The position numbers and the translations under genes are program-made. Shown here one piece after another: positions 49,003-63,072 of a stretch of 64,000 bases of DNA. The notes beneath the pieces are model-generated. The model was not told where the DNA came from and did not search any database. It saw nothing but the letters and a program-made list of their open reading frames with translations. Positions within the stretch are counted from its first letter, which is position 1. Every line of letters begins with the position of its first letter. This DNA comes from the human T2T-CHM13v2.0 reference genome, Homo sapiens: NCBI RefSeq assembly GCF_009914755.1, contig NC_060934.1, one strand, 5' to 3'.

Positions 49003-49308
49003 CAGTTGCCCAACCTTATCTGCAGAGGACACGTTCCAATAACCCCAGCTATGCCTCAAACTGTGGAGAGTACTGACCCCTATATATCCTATGTTTTTTT
49101 AATATCTACTTACCTATGATAAAGTTTAATTTATAAATTTGGCATAGTAAGAGAGTAACAATAACTAATAATAAAGCAGAAGAATTATAACAAACTGTAA
49201 TAAAAGTTGTGTGAATGTGGTCTCTCAAAATATCTTCATATTTTTGGATTGTAGTTGACTGTAGATAACTGAAAACTGCTGAAAAGGAAAAGACTGATTT
49301 GGTTACTA
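49003..49308 (+). mobile_element. MER44A (Tigger7 MITE)
   Basis: acgttccaa...tacctatgataaagtttaatttataaatt...gtgaatgtggtctctcaaaatatctt. Confidence 0.85.
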
Positions 49309-50705
49309 TACATACCATCATTATTTTGTTATGTTTATTCCTAAATAAATCATGTTTTGTGATGCCATTTTAAACATATTGTTAAAATGTAAATTTCCGA
49401 TTGTTTGTTGCTACCATATAGAAATATAATTGATTTGTGTATGTTGACCTTGTATCCTGTGACGTTGTTTAAATTTGCTTCTTAGCTGTGGTTACTTTTT
49501 GGTAGATTCCTTTGGATTTTCTGTATCAACAGGCACATTGCTGGTGCATAGTGACAGTTTTACATATACATTTCCAAAGATAGGAATTTTATTTTGGTTT
49601 CTTGCCTTATAACATTAACTGGAAACACGCACTGAATAGAAGTGACAAGAGGGAACATCTTGCCTTCTTCCCGATCTTAGGAGAAAATAATTCAGTTTTA
49701 AATTATGGCATTAGCTGTAGGTTTTTGGTGGATTTCCTCTATCACATTGAGAAAGTTTTCTCCTATTTCTAGTTTGCTAAGGGCTTTTTGTTTGTTTGTT
49801 TTAAATCATGAATGGGTATTGAAATTTGTCAAATGCTTTTCTGCACCTTTTAAGATGAAACTATATGAATCATACAGTTTCTCCTTTTTAGTCTGCTAGT
49901 ATGATGAATTATATTTATTGATTTTTGCATGTTGACTCAATATTACATTTCTAGGATAAACCCCACTTGTTCATGATGTATTCTTTTATTATATGTAGCT
50001 GGATTTGATTTACTGAAATTCTGTTAAGGATTTTTGTGTCTGTGTTCATAAGAAATATTGGTCTGTAGTTTTCTACCTTTTAAATTTCTTTTTCTAGTGT
50101 TATCAGGGTAAAACTAGCCGCATAAAGTGAACTGGAAAGTCTTCTTTCTATGCTTTTGTGCAGGACTGGTTTTATTCCTCCCTTAAACATTCAGTAGAAT
50201 TCATCAGTCAAGCCTCTGAATCTATGGGTTTTCTTTGTAGAAAGGTTTATGACTGCAACTTCACTTTCTTTAATATAAATAGGGATGTTTAAATTATTTC
50301 TCTTTGAGTGAGCTTTAGTTGTTCTGATCTTTCAAGGAATGTATTTTTATCTAATTTGATGAATTTATTGTTTTAAGTTTATTCATAACTTTTTTTATTA
50401 TCCTTTTAGTAGGGTATAGAAATTGTTCATTCTGGGTACTTGTAATTGTGTGTTCTTTATCTATTTTTCTTGTTTAAGTTGGCTAAAGATTTACCAGCTG
50501 TGTTTTCAAAGACTGGTTTTTGTTTTCATTGATTTTCTCTACTGTTTGTCCATTTATTATTCTATTGATTTCTGGTTATTTCTTCCCTTCCACTTACTTT
50601 GGGTTAAATTGCTCTTCTTTTTCTATTTTCTTAAGGTGGAAATGTAGACATTTAACTATAAAGTTTTCTACTTTCCAACATAAGTATTTAAACTTATAAA
50701 TTTCT

Positions 50706-51007
50706 GGCCGGGTGCAGTGGCTCATGTCTGTAATCCTAACACTTTGGGAGGTCGAGGCGGTTGGATCAGCTGAGGTCAGGAGTTCAAGACCAGCCTGGCC
50801 AAGGTGGTGAAAACCCATCTCTACTGAAAATACAAAAATTAGCCGGGTATGGTGGCGCATGCCTGTAGTCCCAGCTACTCAGGAGGCTGAGGCAGGAGAA
50901 TCGCTTGAATCCAGGAGGTGGAGGTTGCAGTGAGCCGAGATTGTGTCACTGCACTCCAGCCTGGGTGACAGAGTGAGACTCTGTCTCAAAAAAAAAAAAA
51001 AAAAAAA
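50706..51007 (+). mobile_element. AluSx
   Basis: TSD aaa(c/g)ttataaatttc. Confidence 0.95.
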
Positions 51008-52395
51008 GTTATAAATTTCCTTTTTAGCACTGTTTTAAATGATTCCCACACTTTTTATATGTGTGGGAATATGCTTTCATTTTCATGCCTTTCAAAATAT
51101 TTTCTTATTTCACTTGTGATTTTTTTATTGGTGTCAGATAATATATTTTAGAAATTAATCCTTTAAATTGTATTAAGACTTGTTTTATGGACCCAATATG
51201 GTCTATCTTGATAAATTCTCCGTGTACACTTGAAAAGAATGTTTATTCTGCAGTTGTTGAGTGAGTGTTTTATAAATGCCAATTAATTTAAGTAGTTAGT
51301 AGTGTTGTTCAAGTTTCATGCATCCTTACTGGTTTTCTTCCCACATATTTTAACAATTATTGAGAGAGGAGTGTTGAAGTTTATAACTGTAATTGTGTCT
51401 ATTTCTTCTTCTACTTCTACCAGTGTTTGCTTCATATATTTTGAAGCTCTGTGAGCACTGTTGTGTTTTCTGATCCATTTCCCATTATGATCCCCAATAT
51501 GAAATCTACTTTGTATAATATTAATACAGCCAATTCTCTTACTTTTGCTTAATGCTTGCATGACATTCTTTTACTTTTTTGTAACATTTTGGGGAATGTT
51601 TTGTTATTCTTTTTTTTAACCTGTCCATGTCTTTATATTTAAAGTCAGTTTCTTATAGACAACATACATATAGTTAGGTCTTACTTTTTTAATCCAATCT
51701 GACAATCTTTTAATGGACTGTCTAGACCACTTACATTCAATAGAATTATTGATATAGTTGAGTTTTAATTTACCATATTGATATTTGTTTTCCCTTTGTC
51801 CCATCTATTTTATGTTTTCTTTTTCCTTTGTTCCTTTATTCATTCATATTAATCAAATTATTTTTAGATTCTATTTTCTCTCCACTATTGGCTTACTAGC
51901 AATTCTTCTTTTTTAAGGTTTCTTTTTAGTGGTTGCTCCAGGGTTTACAATATTTAACTAATCACAGCCTACTTTCAGATAACATTATATGATTTCACAT
52001 GACATGTAAGAAACTTACAACAGCATACTTTCATTCTGCTCCTCCTGTCCTCTGTGTCATTGTTGTAATATATTTTACTTCTATGTAGGTAATGAAATCC
52101 ACAGACTTTGTTACGTTTGCTTGAAATAGTCAAATATCTTTTAAAGAGATTAAGTAGGAAAAACATGTTTTTATATTTGCCATTTCCAGTGTTCTTTATT
52201 ACACTGTGTGAATTAAAATTTTTACAAGTTATTTTCTTTCTGCCTGAAGAGGTTCCTTTAACATTTCTGCAGTTCTGCTGGTGATGAAATAGTTGTTCTC
52301 ATTTTACTAGGAACATCTTTCTTTTTCATTTTCTTTTTTGGTACAATATGGTTACATTTATAATATTGGAACATGTATGTTTAAAAATGCATGGA

Positions 52396-52502
52396 GTACT
52401 TGCTTCAGCAGCACATATACTAAAATTGGAATAATACAGACAAAATTGGCTTGGCCCCTGCACAAGGATGACACACAAATTCAAGAAGAGTTCCACATTT
52501 TT
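52396..52502 (+). pseudogene. Full-length U6 snRNA retropseudogene (RNU6-type)
   Basis: 107 nt ungapped match to U6, ~15 substitutions (many at CpG); ACAGAGA box mutated to ACAGACA; embedded in L1 sequence, no PSE/TATA promoter seen. Confidence 0.96.
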
Positions 52503-52575
52503 GTATTTAATGCACTCAACTGTGCACTTAAAAATAGTAGATTTTATGTTATATATATTTTACCTCAATAAAAAA
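52503..52575 (+). mobile_element. L1MB-like 3' terminus fused to U6
   Basis: gtatttaatgcactcaactgtgcacttaaaaat...attttatgttatatatattttacctcaataaaaaa. Confidence 0.8.
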
Positions 52576-52949
52576 CATAGACATGGGTCTAGAAATACAC
52601 ATATAAAACTGTTAATATTGGCTTACTCCTTGGAAGAGGAGATGGGAGTGAAAGATAACTTTTAGGATTTAACTCCAATTTTTAAACTTTTGTTTGGAAA
52701 TTATTTTAAACACAAAAAATTTGCAGGAGTTTACTCCGATTACCCCATTTGCTTCACCATTCTCAATCTCTTTTTATATATACATTAAAAATACATCATC
52801 TATATCTGCATATGTATTTGTGTATAAACTAGATATATGTATATATATTTATGAACCATTTGAGGGGAAAATACTCAGCATATTTCCTAAAAATAGGGAT
52901 TCTCCTTTGTAACCACAGTACACTTAACAAATAGAGTACATTTAGTTAC

Positions 52950-53260
52950 TTTTTCTTTTTTCTTTTCTTTTTTTTTTTTTTTTTGAGAGGAAGTTTTGTT
53001 CTTGTTTTCCAGGCTGGAGTGCAATGGTGCAACCTTGGCTCACTGCAACCTCCCGGGTTCAAGCGATGGTCCTGCCTCAGCATCCTAAGTAGCTGGGATT
53101 ACAAGCATGCACCACCATGCCCGGCTAATTTTGTATTTTTAATAGAGACGGGGTTTCTCCATGTTGGTCAGTCTGGTCTCGAACTCCCGACCTCAGGTGA
53201 TCCGCCCACCTCGGCCTCCGAAAGTGCTGGGATTACAGGCGTGAGCCACCATGCCCAGCC
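52950..53260 (-). mobile_element. AluSp
   Basis: tttctccatgttggtcag diagnostic. Confidence 0.94.
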
Positions 53261-55555
53261 ACTTTTTCTTTTTTTAATTGACAAGTAAAAATTGTATATG
53301 TATTATGGTGTACAACATGATGTTTTGATATGTGTATATACATTGTGAAATGGCTAAAGTCATTTTGCATATGCATTACCTCACATACTTTTTTGTGGTG
53401 AGAATACTTAAAATCTCTTAACAATTTTCAAGTATACAATATATTGTTATAAACTATAGTCATCTTGATGTTCAGTAGATCTCTTGAACTCATTCCTCCT
53501 GTTTAACTGAAATTTTGTTTCTTTTGACCAACATCTTCCCAATTACCACACACACAGTCTCTGGTAACCATCATTTAACTCCTTGTTTCTATGAGTATGA
53601 CTTTTAAAAAATATTCTACATATAAGTGAGGTCATCAGTTTGTCTTTCTGTGCCTGGTTTAATTCACTCAAGATAATGTCCTCCATGTTCATCCATGTTG
53701 TCACAAATGACAAGATTTCTGTGTTTTTAAAGGCTGAATGGTATTCTGTTGTGCATATACACTACATTTTCTGAACACTTAGATTGACTCCATATCTTGG
53801 CTATTGTGAATAATGCTGCAATGAACATGAGCCTGCAGATATCTGTTTGATACACAGATTTCATTTTCTTTGGATATATACCCAGAAGTGGGATTGCTGG
53901 ATCATATGATAGCTCTATTTTTAGTTTTTTGAGGAAACATTTATACTATTTTCCACAATTGCTGTACTAATTTATAGTCCCACCAACAGTGTGCAAGGCT
54001 TCCCTCTCTTCTACATCGTTGCCAATGCTTGTTATCTTTTATCTTTCAGGTAATAGCCATCCTAACAGGTGTGAGGTAATATCTCATTGGGGTTTCAATT
54101 TGCACTTCCCTGATGATTAGAGATGTTGAGTATTTTTTTTTTCTTTGAGACAGAGTCTCACTCTGTTGCCCAGGCTGGAGTGCAGTGGCACAATCTTGGC
54201 TCACTGCAACCTCCTTCTCCTGCCTCAGCCTCCCAAGCAGCTAGGATCACAGGTGCCCACCACCACGCCCAGCTAAGTTTTGTATTTTTAGTAGAGACAG
54301 GGTTTCACCATGTTGGCCAGACTGGTCTCGAATTCCTGACCTCAGGCGATCCACCCGCCTCGGCCTCCCAAAGTGCTGGGATTACAGGCATGAGCCATGG
54401 CGCCCTGGCTGAGCATTTCTTTTTCACATACCTAGTTAGTTATTTGTATATCTTCCCTTGAGAAATGTCCATTCAGGTCATTTGCTAATTTTTTAAATCA
54501 GGTTATTTGTCTTTTTACTTTTGAGTTATTTGAGTTTCTCACATATTTTGGAGGCTGATTATTATTTGCAAATATATTCTCCCATTCTGTAGGTTTCTCT
54601 TCACTCTGTTAGTTGTTTTCTTTGCTATGCAGAGATTTTTAGTTTAATGCAGTCCCATTTGTCTATTTTTACTTTTGTTGCCTATGTGTTTGTGGTCATA
54701 TAAAAACAATTATTGCCTAGGCCAATGTCATGAAGCTATTCCCGTATGTGTTCTTCTAGTTTCACAATTGTAGGTTTTATATTTAAGTCTTTAATCCATT
54801 TTGAGTTGATTTTTGCATGTGGTGTGAGATGAGGGTCTAATTTCAATATTCTGCGTGTGGATATCCAGTTTTCCCAGGATCGTTTATTAAACAGACTATC
54901 TTTTCCCCATTGTAAGTCCTTGGTACTTTTTTAAAGTACATAGACTATAAATGCATGGATTTATTTCTGGGATTTTTATTCTGTCCCATTAGATTATATG
55001 TCTGTTTTTATACCACTACCATGCTGTTTTTATTATTATAGCTTTATAGTGTATTTTCAAATTAGTTACTGTGATGCCTCCTGCTTCGTTATTTTTGCTC
55101 AAAAATGCTTTGGCTAATTGATATTTTTTGTGATACATAACATTTTAAGATTTTTTTTTCCTATTTTTGTGAAAAATGTTATTGGAATTTTGATAGGGAT
55201 TACATGGAACCCGTAGATCACTTTGGATATGGACATCTTAGGAATTTCAATTCTTCCAGTCCATGAACATGAGATACTTTTCCATTTATTTGTGTCTTTA
55301 ATTTCTTTCATCAATGTTTCCCTCCTTTTTAATTTTTTTGGAAGAGTTTAAGGAATGCTATGAGTTCTTTAAATGTTTGGTAGAATTCAGCAGTGAAGTC
55401 ATTAGGTCCTGGGCTTTTCTTTGATGGGAAACTTACCTACCTATTCAATCTCCTTACACGTTATTGATCTGTTCACATTTTCTGTTTCTTCATAATTTAG
55501 TCTTGTAGGTTCTATATGTCTATGAATTTATTCATTTTTTTCTATGTTAACTGAT
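53261..55555 (-). mobile_element. L1MA 3' part (3'UTR + ORF2 end)
   Basis: ttaattgacaagtaaaaattgtata...; minus [29 protein letters not shown]; splits an older L1MC-like 3' end (52680-52945 / 55560-55950). Confidence 0.88.
54133..54410 (-). mobile_element. AluS with small internal deletion
   Basis: TSD tgag(t/c)attt. Confidence 0.93.
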
Positions 55556-56353
55556 TAGTAAACTTAATATTGATACAATACTTTTATCTAATCTACCATT
55601 GGTATTCCAGTTTTACTGATTGACCTAATGATATGCTTTAGCATTTTCTTCTCTCATGTACAGGATCTAGCCTCTGGTCAGGCGTTGAATTTAAGTGTCA
55701 TGTCTCTCCTTAACCTCCTTTAATCTGGAACTTTTTCTTTTCAAAATGACATTGACATGTTTGAAAAATGCAGTCTGGCCCTCCCACAGCCTTTAACTAA
55801 AACATCCATTTTTTGCTTGTCTGAAGTTTCTTCATGGTTGCATTTAGGTTATGCATTCTTGGCCAGAATACTACATAAATGAGTCTCTGTCCTTCACAAT
55901 TGCAGGCACATGATACCCATTTGCCCCTCATTGGTGGTGTTAATTTTTTTTAATAAATCTTCATGTTTTATTTTTAAAATACTACTTAAGTTATATTTAA
56001 ATATCAAAATCAAATAATATTTAAATATCATTCAGAATATATTAATAGCAACCTGATGAGTGACAATTTTGGAAATTAGCTTAACAATTTCATGAGGTAT
56101 CTGGTTTTACTCACTTGAGATATGCTTTTGTTAGCACAGTGCATAGATTTTTTTTTGCCAAATTTTGTTCACTCATTTTCATGTATATGAATATACAGTC
56201 TATAAAATACTTACAAGTAAGCAAAATAAAATGCAAAAATCGTACTTTTAAATTTGTATTTTAAAAACCTCTTCATTATTTCCTTCCAATTTTAAATTAT
56301 TTTTTGTATGCAGCCATTTGAGGTTTTCTATACACATACAAAATACACACTAA

Positions 56354-56582
<229 letters not shown>

Positions 56583-56629
56583 TGATAATTTTTGCTGAAT
56601 TTTGACTGTCAGATTGTATATTTTTACTT

Positions 56630-57835
56630 CATTCTTTTTCTCCAAGTTGTTACTAAAGTTACACATGCATACAGAAAATGCAAAAAATTATACATGTTCA
56701 TCTCCAAGAACTTTCACAAACTGAACACACCCACGTGCCTAGCACTGAAATCAATACGCAGAATATCAGCCGCATCTCAGAAGTACTTTTTGCTGCCATC
56801 CAGTTCTCAAGAGAACACCCACTGTTTAATAGCACCACAGATTCATTCATTTTGACAATTTTATAAAATGAATTATAACATTCATTTTATATTTTATGTA
56901 AACAGAACCATGAATAGGGACTCCCTGGGGTGTAGCTTGGCATTAGGCCTGTGAGTTTCCTCATTGTTGTGTGCGTTCTGGTTTGTGTATTTCTATTGCT
57001 GTCTAGTGTTCCACTGGGTGAGGATACCACGGTGTTTATCCATTTTCTTGTTGATGGACATTTGGATAGTTTCCTCTGCAGAGCTCCTATGACTCCTGGG
57101 ACTAAGAACATTTGAAAACCTATCTGCTGTAGATGTTTGTGTGAAGGGGAACAGGGTAGCTACCTATACGGCTTCAGTAGATGCTATGACTCCTGGGACT
57201 AAGAACATTTGAAAACCTATCTGCTGTAGATGTTTGTGTGAAGGGGAACAGGATAGCTACCTATACAGCTTCAGTAGATGCTGCCAAACAGTTTCCCAGT
57301 GTGGTTTAATTTAAACTCCACCACGTGTACATGAATGATCTGATTGCCCCATGGACTTGCCAGGACTTGATATTGCTCGTTTTCATTTTAGCTGAACGGG
57401 TGTGTGTAGAATGGTATCTCATCATGATTTAAATTAGCATTTTCCTGAAGATAAAGAAGTGAAACATCTTTTTATATTTCTATTGATCATTTGGACATTC
57501 TTTTTTGGGTAGTGTCTATTCAAGTTTTTTACCCATTTTTCTAATGGGTTTTCAGAGTTTTTCTTTTTAAGTGGTAGGAATTTGTTTTATATTCTGGCTT
57601 TCTGTGCTTTACGGGGCATATATAATGCAAACAGTTCTTAGTTTGTGGGGTGCTCAATCCCTTCTTTAATGATGCATTTTGATGAGCAGTAGCATTTCAT
57701 ATTCTTTATTATAATCAAATTTATCTTTTTCCTTTGTGTTTATAATTTTATTGCATTAAAACAATAGTTTTTCTACTCAGAAGTTGTAAAGCTGCTCTTC
57801 TATCTTTTTCTTATAAAAGCCATTCTTCTTTTATA
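56630..57835 (-). mobile_element. Ancient L1M(E) 3' fragment
   Basis: ttgatggacatttggatagtttcc...tgtctattcaagttttttacccatttttc. Confidence 0.7.
57087..57280. repeat. 97-bp tandem duplication, 2 mismatches
   Basis: 57087-57183 vs 57184-57280. Confidence 0.97.
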
Positions 57836-57994
57836 TTTAGAACTGACATGAAGAATATAAGAAATTAACAAGAGGAGCCCAGGAAACTGTGATTAGTAAA
57901 ATGGAAGACAGGCTAAAAGAAAATGTCCCAATAAATGCAACAGATGAACAGCAGAAAAGTTAAACAGAGTTTAAATGACACTTGGGACACAATT

Positions 57995-58085
57995 AGTGGG
58001 CTGGATATGGGAACTCTCTCTATTCTCCGCTCAAATTTTGCTGTGAACCCAAAACTAAAAATAAAGTTTATTAATTAATAAAAAA
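57995..58085 (+). mobile_element. L1MC-like 3' end
   Basis: tatgggaactctct...ttttgctgtgaacccaaaact. Confidence 0.65.
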
Positions 58086-58321
58086 GGAAAAAAGCTAGAA
58101 CTGAGGGAATAATTAACCTTAGAAAAGGAAATGCACAAACACGTTCTTAATAGATAAAAGATTTCAAGCCACAGTTTCAAAAAGTTTGATGTATGTGGAG
58201 AAAAATAAGTATACATAGGAAATAATATTGAGCTACATCATAGTCTGAAACCCAAAGATAATGAGAAAGACAGCTGACAGCTGACATCTCAATATATGCA
58301 GGGCCATTTAAAATATATAGG

Positions 58322-58522
58322 TTTTTTTTAACATCAGTTCCAAGTTCACAGCAAAACTGAGCAGAATGTAGAGCTTTTCTATGTACCTCCTACTCCACAC
58401 ATGCACAGCCTCCCATTATCAACATCTCTCACCAGAGTGGTACACTTGTCACAACTGATGAACCTACAAGGACGCATCATTGTTACCCAAAGTCCATGGT
58501 TTACATTAGGGTTCACTCTTTA
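58322..58522 (-). mobile_element. L1MD 3' end
   Basis: gttcacagcaaaactgagcag...aagtccatggtttacattagggttcactctt. Confidence 0.8.
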
Positions 58523-59796
58523 CTGATTCCTGCAGAACGGGTCTTTACTATGATGATTGGGAAACAGTTATTTTCCAATGGTAGCACTCCCTCCTCATTT
58601 ACCATTTGACACTTAGTATGCTACTTTAAGCAGGAACTCTCCCTAATCTCCAGTTCCTGATGTATTTATCATAGGTATGGACTCATGAAAAACTACTTTT
58701 TCAGGCTTATAATTCACTACTGTACTTCAAGATTTTGGTGTTCAAAATGCCCTGGTTTTAACCAGTGAAGCCCCTCCAAGCTGGCTCCTGTGTTCTCGTG
58801 ATATATGATATTCCTCCATCATTTTGAGCACTTTCTTAATATCTGGTATAAAGAGATCATCCAAGCTTTTCTTGTAGCTACCTGTCCCAGCCCTGAATTT
58901 AACCATTTCTATGATGTGTCTTGGTTCCTTTTAATGGAAAAAGGTATTAGAGAGCAAGCTCTGGATGTAAGGCATGCCCATTGCTACTGGGGAATCTTTG
59001 CTTCTTGCACCTTTCAGATGAGTGATCTAAAAAGTCAAAGGATGTTTATACTTTATACCTACAAACTTATATACCTACAGACATATATGTATATACATAA
59101 ATACATATACATGTGAACATATACATATTTTAGAATTCATGAGTTCACAGCAATAATTTTAATTTCTATCTATCCTCACAGGGGTTTTTTTTTCAGTGAA
59201 AACTCTAGGTCCCCAAAACAATATATTTATATATTTGCTCAATTGTATAACACAGCTAAAATAGTTTCAGAATTCATTCTTTCCACTACACAAAACAGAC
59301 CTCTGAGAAAAGTTCAGGAATTCTGATGTCCTCTTTGCCCAATTATCCCATCATGAATGGAGGGTGGTCAAATATTGTATTTATACACTGTTAAAATTAG
59401 TCAAATATTGTGTAGTCCAATATTGTATTTATACACTGCTAGAATTAGTTCTTTTTCTACTTTCCATCTGAGTGGTTATACTAGTCATCTAATTGGGTTG
59501 ATTTCAGTTTGCTCTTCATTTTATTTTCTTCAACCTATTCTTATTAACTTAATTAATTTGACTATGTAGAAGGTTGCCATGTTTCCAAAAGAAAAACTGT
59601 ACAGAAAATTCCCCTTGTAAAAGTGCCACTTCCTCCCCAGTTCCTAGTGCCACATTCCCTTTATACATGGCGAACTTTGTGGTTTTCTGGTTTATCTTTC
59701 CTTTTGTGCTTCTTTTTGTAAAGGCAAAGAGATATTGATAAGTTTTCTTATTTTTCCTTCTACTTACACTAATGGTAGAATACTATGTATGCCCTT

Positions 59797-60880
59797 TTGA
59801 AAAACAACTTTATTGAGGCATAATTTACATAACATAGAATTCATCCACTTTCATTATGCTGCTGGAAAGCTTTAGTAAATTTATAAACTTTGCAGCCATC
59901 ACCACAATTTAGTTTTAGACCACTGCCGCCATCCATAAGTTTCTCTCATGCCCATTTGCTTATGGTTTTTACTCCCAGCTCTAACCCTAGGCAGCTACCA
60001 ATCTGCATTCTGTCTCTACAGTTTTTCCCTCTCTAGACATTTCATATAAGTGGAATTATACAATATGTGATCTTATGTATCTGGCCCTTTCGCTTGGCAT
60101 AATGCTTTTGAGGTTCATTCATGTTGTTGGATGTATCAGTATTTCTTCCCATTTTATTGCTGAATAATGCTCATTGTATGGATATACCAACATTTGTTCA
60201 TCCATTCAGCAGCTGACATGGTGTGGATATTTGTCCCTGCCCAAATCTCAGACTGAACTGTAATCTCCAATGTTGGAGGTGGGGTCTGGTGGGAGGTGAT
60301 TGGATGATTGGATCGTGGAAGTGGATCACTCATGAATGGTTTAGCATCATCCTCTTATGGTTCTGTTTTTCTGTTCTGTTGGTTCTGTTCTCATGGCAGT
60401 GAGCTCTTGTGAGATCTGGTCCTTTAAAAGTGTGTGACGCCTCCTCCCTCACTCTCTTTCTCTTGCTTTTGCTTTCACCAAGTGAAGTGCCCGCTCCCGC
60501 TTCATCTTCCACCATGAGTAAAAGCTCCCTGAGGCCTCCCCAGAAGCTAAGCGATGTTGGTTTCATGCTTGTACAGCCTGCAGAACCATGAGCCAATTAA
60601 ACCTCTTTTCTTTATAAATTACCAGTCTCAAGTATTTCTTTATAGCAATGCAAGAATGGCTTAATATACCAGCTGATGGACTTTTGGATTGGTTGTAATT
60701 TTTTATTATGATAATACCGCTATGTGTGCAAGTCTTTGGACAGACATATGTTTACATTCCTTTTGGATTGATATCTAGGAGTGCAATTCCTGGGTCATAT
60801 AGTAAGTATCTATTTATCTTTTGAAGAAACTGCCAAATTGTTTTCCAAAGATGCTGTATCATTTTACGTTCCCATTTTAC
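59797..60880 (-). mobile_element. Old L1M 3' fragment, split by MSTA
   Basis: aactttattgaggcataatttacataac...gaagaaactgccaaattgttttccaaag. Confidence 0.8.
60214..60668 (+). mobile_element. MSTA MaLR solo LTR
   Basis: tgacatggtgtggat...tatagcaatgcaagaatggcttaatata; TSD (g/c)cagc. Confidence 0.9.
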
Positions 60881-61367
60881 ATTTACATAATGTAAAAATA
60901 TGTATTTATATTTTTACATTAATTGTAAGTAAGTGGATTTTCATGAACTTGCTGAAAACTCTTATCTTAGATACTGCCACATAATCGTCCTCAGATTTTT
61001 GCTGATTTTTGACTTAAGCAGCCTTTTTCTTCACGAGTAGTTCAAAGATAAAATAAGTTTTAACTCAGAATAAATGTAAGCAAAAAAAGACCCAGAAAAT
61101 TGTTTCCTCTTTCTTATTAGAAAATGGAAAGATACAGATGACATTATTAAAGGAAGGACTTTCTAGCTTCAGTCTTCAAAAATAAAGGTCTTTTCACTAG
61201 AAACCTGAGTTTACATTCTTTTCTATGGTAAGGCAAGAAGTGATATTAGTTTACGGAAAGAGGTCCTTCTTTTAAGTGATAGATACCAGGGAAATGGACT
61301 AAAGTTAGGATAGGGTCATTAACTTCACCTTTTGAGAAACTAGAAGATAATTTGATAATCTAAATAT

Positions 61368-61629
61368 TTCATTTTATTTATTTTTTGAGACAGAGTCTTT
61401 CTCTGTCGCCCAGGATGGTGTGCAGTGACGTGAACATGGCTCACTGCAGCTTCAAACTCCTGGGCACAAGCGACCCTCCCATTTCAGTCCCTCAAGTAGC
61501 TGGGACTATAGGTGCCTGTCACCACGCACTGCTGATTTTTATTTTGTAGAGATGGGGTCTCACTGTTTTGCCCAGGCTGATCTGAAACTGCTGAGCTCAA
61601 GTGATCCTCCTGCCTCGGCCTCCCAAAGT
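61368..61629 (-). mobile_element. AluJ, 5'-truncated
   Basis: Stops at ctcccaaagt. Confidence 0.9.
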
Positions 61630-62134
61630 AAAGATTTTTAAAAGGAGAAAACTTAATAAAGTTCCCGATTGTTATTTTTATTTTGAAAGGGCCATTGTAG
61701 TGGTGGCAAAAAGGCAATGCTAGAAATAAATAATAATCCTGAACTAGCAGCTGCTAATTCAGCACTTTCACCCACAGTGGGATGAACACCAGATCTTCTT
61801 GCAATGCCCTAAAACACAACTGGACAAAATAACAGCCTCTAGAGAACCAAGTGTGCTTTTTGGTGGCCATGATTAACGACATCACCCACATGGTACATGG
61901 GGGATATCACAGGCATCAATGTGCACCCCAGGAAAATCACTATCAGTTAACAGACTATCAGTTAACTTGTAAATTAACTTCAGCTAAATTTTACAATAAG
62001 GAAAGGTTATATTAAAAAACTCTTTTTACATCCCTTTTCAATGTTTTTTCTCTGTGCTTCTGTTACTCACCTTTTTTGCCTCAACCCAAGTGCATAGTTC
62101 GTGCATATTTTATTGGGTCTGACTTCAGCCAAAA

Positions 62135-62245
62135 TATGTGTATGTATGTGTGTATGTATACATACATATATATATATATATATGCGCACACATATATAGC
62201 AGCATTATATACATATGTATGTGTGCGTATATATGTATATGGGTG
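62135..62245. repeat. (TA)n/(TG)n low-complexity tract
   Basis: Visible array. Confidence 0.9.
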
Positions 62246-62343
62246 TAAAACTCTTTGATGAAAGTTTCACTTGAAGTTTTCTTAAGCATGCATCTTGTGC
62301 TTTGAGGAAATGAACGAGTATTTGGGCAGTAAGGGGTTTTCCA

Positions 62344-62637
62344 GGCCGGGTGCGGTGGCTCATGCCTGTAATCCCAGCACTTTGGGAGGCTGAAGTGGGT
62401 GGATCACAAGGTCAGGAGTTCGAGACCAGCCTGGCCAGCATGGTGAAACCCCCATCTCTACTAAAAATAAAAAAATTAGCCGGGCATGGTGGCGCATGCC
62501 TGTAGTCCCAGCTACTTGGAAGGCTTAGGCAAGAGAATCACTTGAACCTGGGAGGCGGAGGTTGCAGTGAGCCGAGATTGCGCCACTGCATTCCAGTTTG
62601 GGCGACAGAGCGAGACTCCATCTCAAAAAAAAAAAAA
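62344..62637 (+). mobile_element. AluSg-like
   Basis: ggatcacaaggtcaggagttcgagacc. Confidence 0.94.
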
Positions 62638-62776
62638 GGGAGGGTTTCCTAATACCCTTCAAAATACATCACATGGGCAGGTAGTTACTTTCTCCTGGGC
62701 CCAACCCTCATGAGGTGCATATATATGTGACTTAATGGGTCTACAGTTTTAAAGTTTTTAGTCTTTAAGAAAGAGG

Positions 62777-63072
<296 letters not shown>

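Larger units (their letters stand above)
46625..52320 (-). mobile_element. Long ancient L1M (MB/MC/MD age) covering most of ORF2, fragmented by later insertions
   Basis: Minus-strand remnants IKRLSDWIKK and RASKYMKQ...NFNTPLS (endonuclease domain) plus collinear ORF2/3'UTR motifs. Confidence 0.8.

Noticed and set aside
52396-52502. Functional U6 snRNA gene
   Set aside because: ~15 substitutions including the ACAGAGA box, no upstream promoter elements seen, fused to an L1 tail.
57087-57280. Repeat-spacer/CRISPR-like array (also 42302-42392)
   Set aside because: Only two adjacent copies, no spacers, no cas genes, and the DNA is primate.
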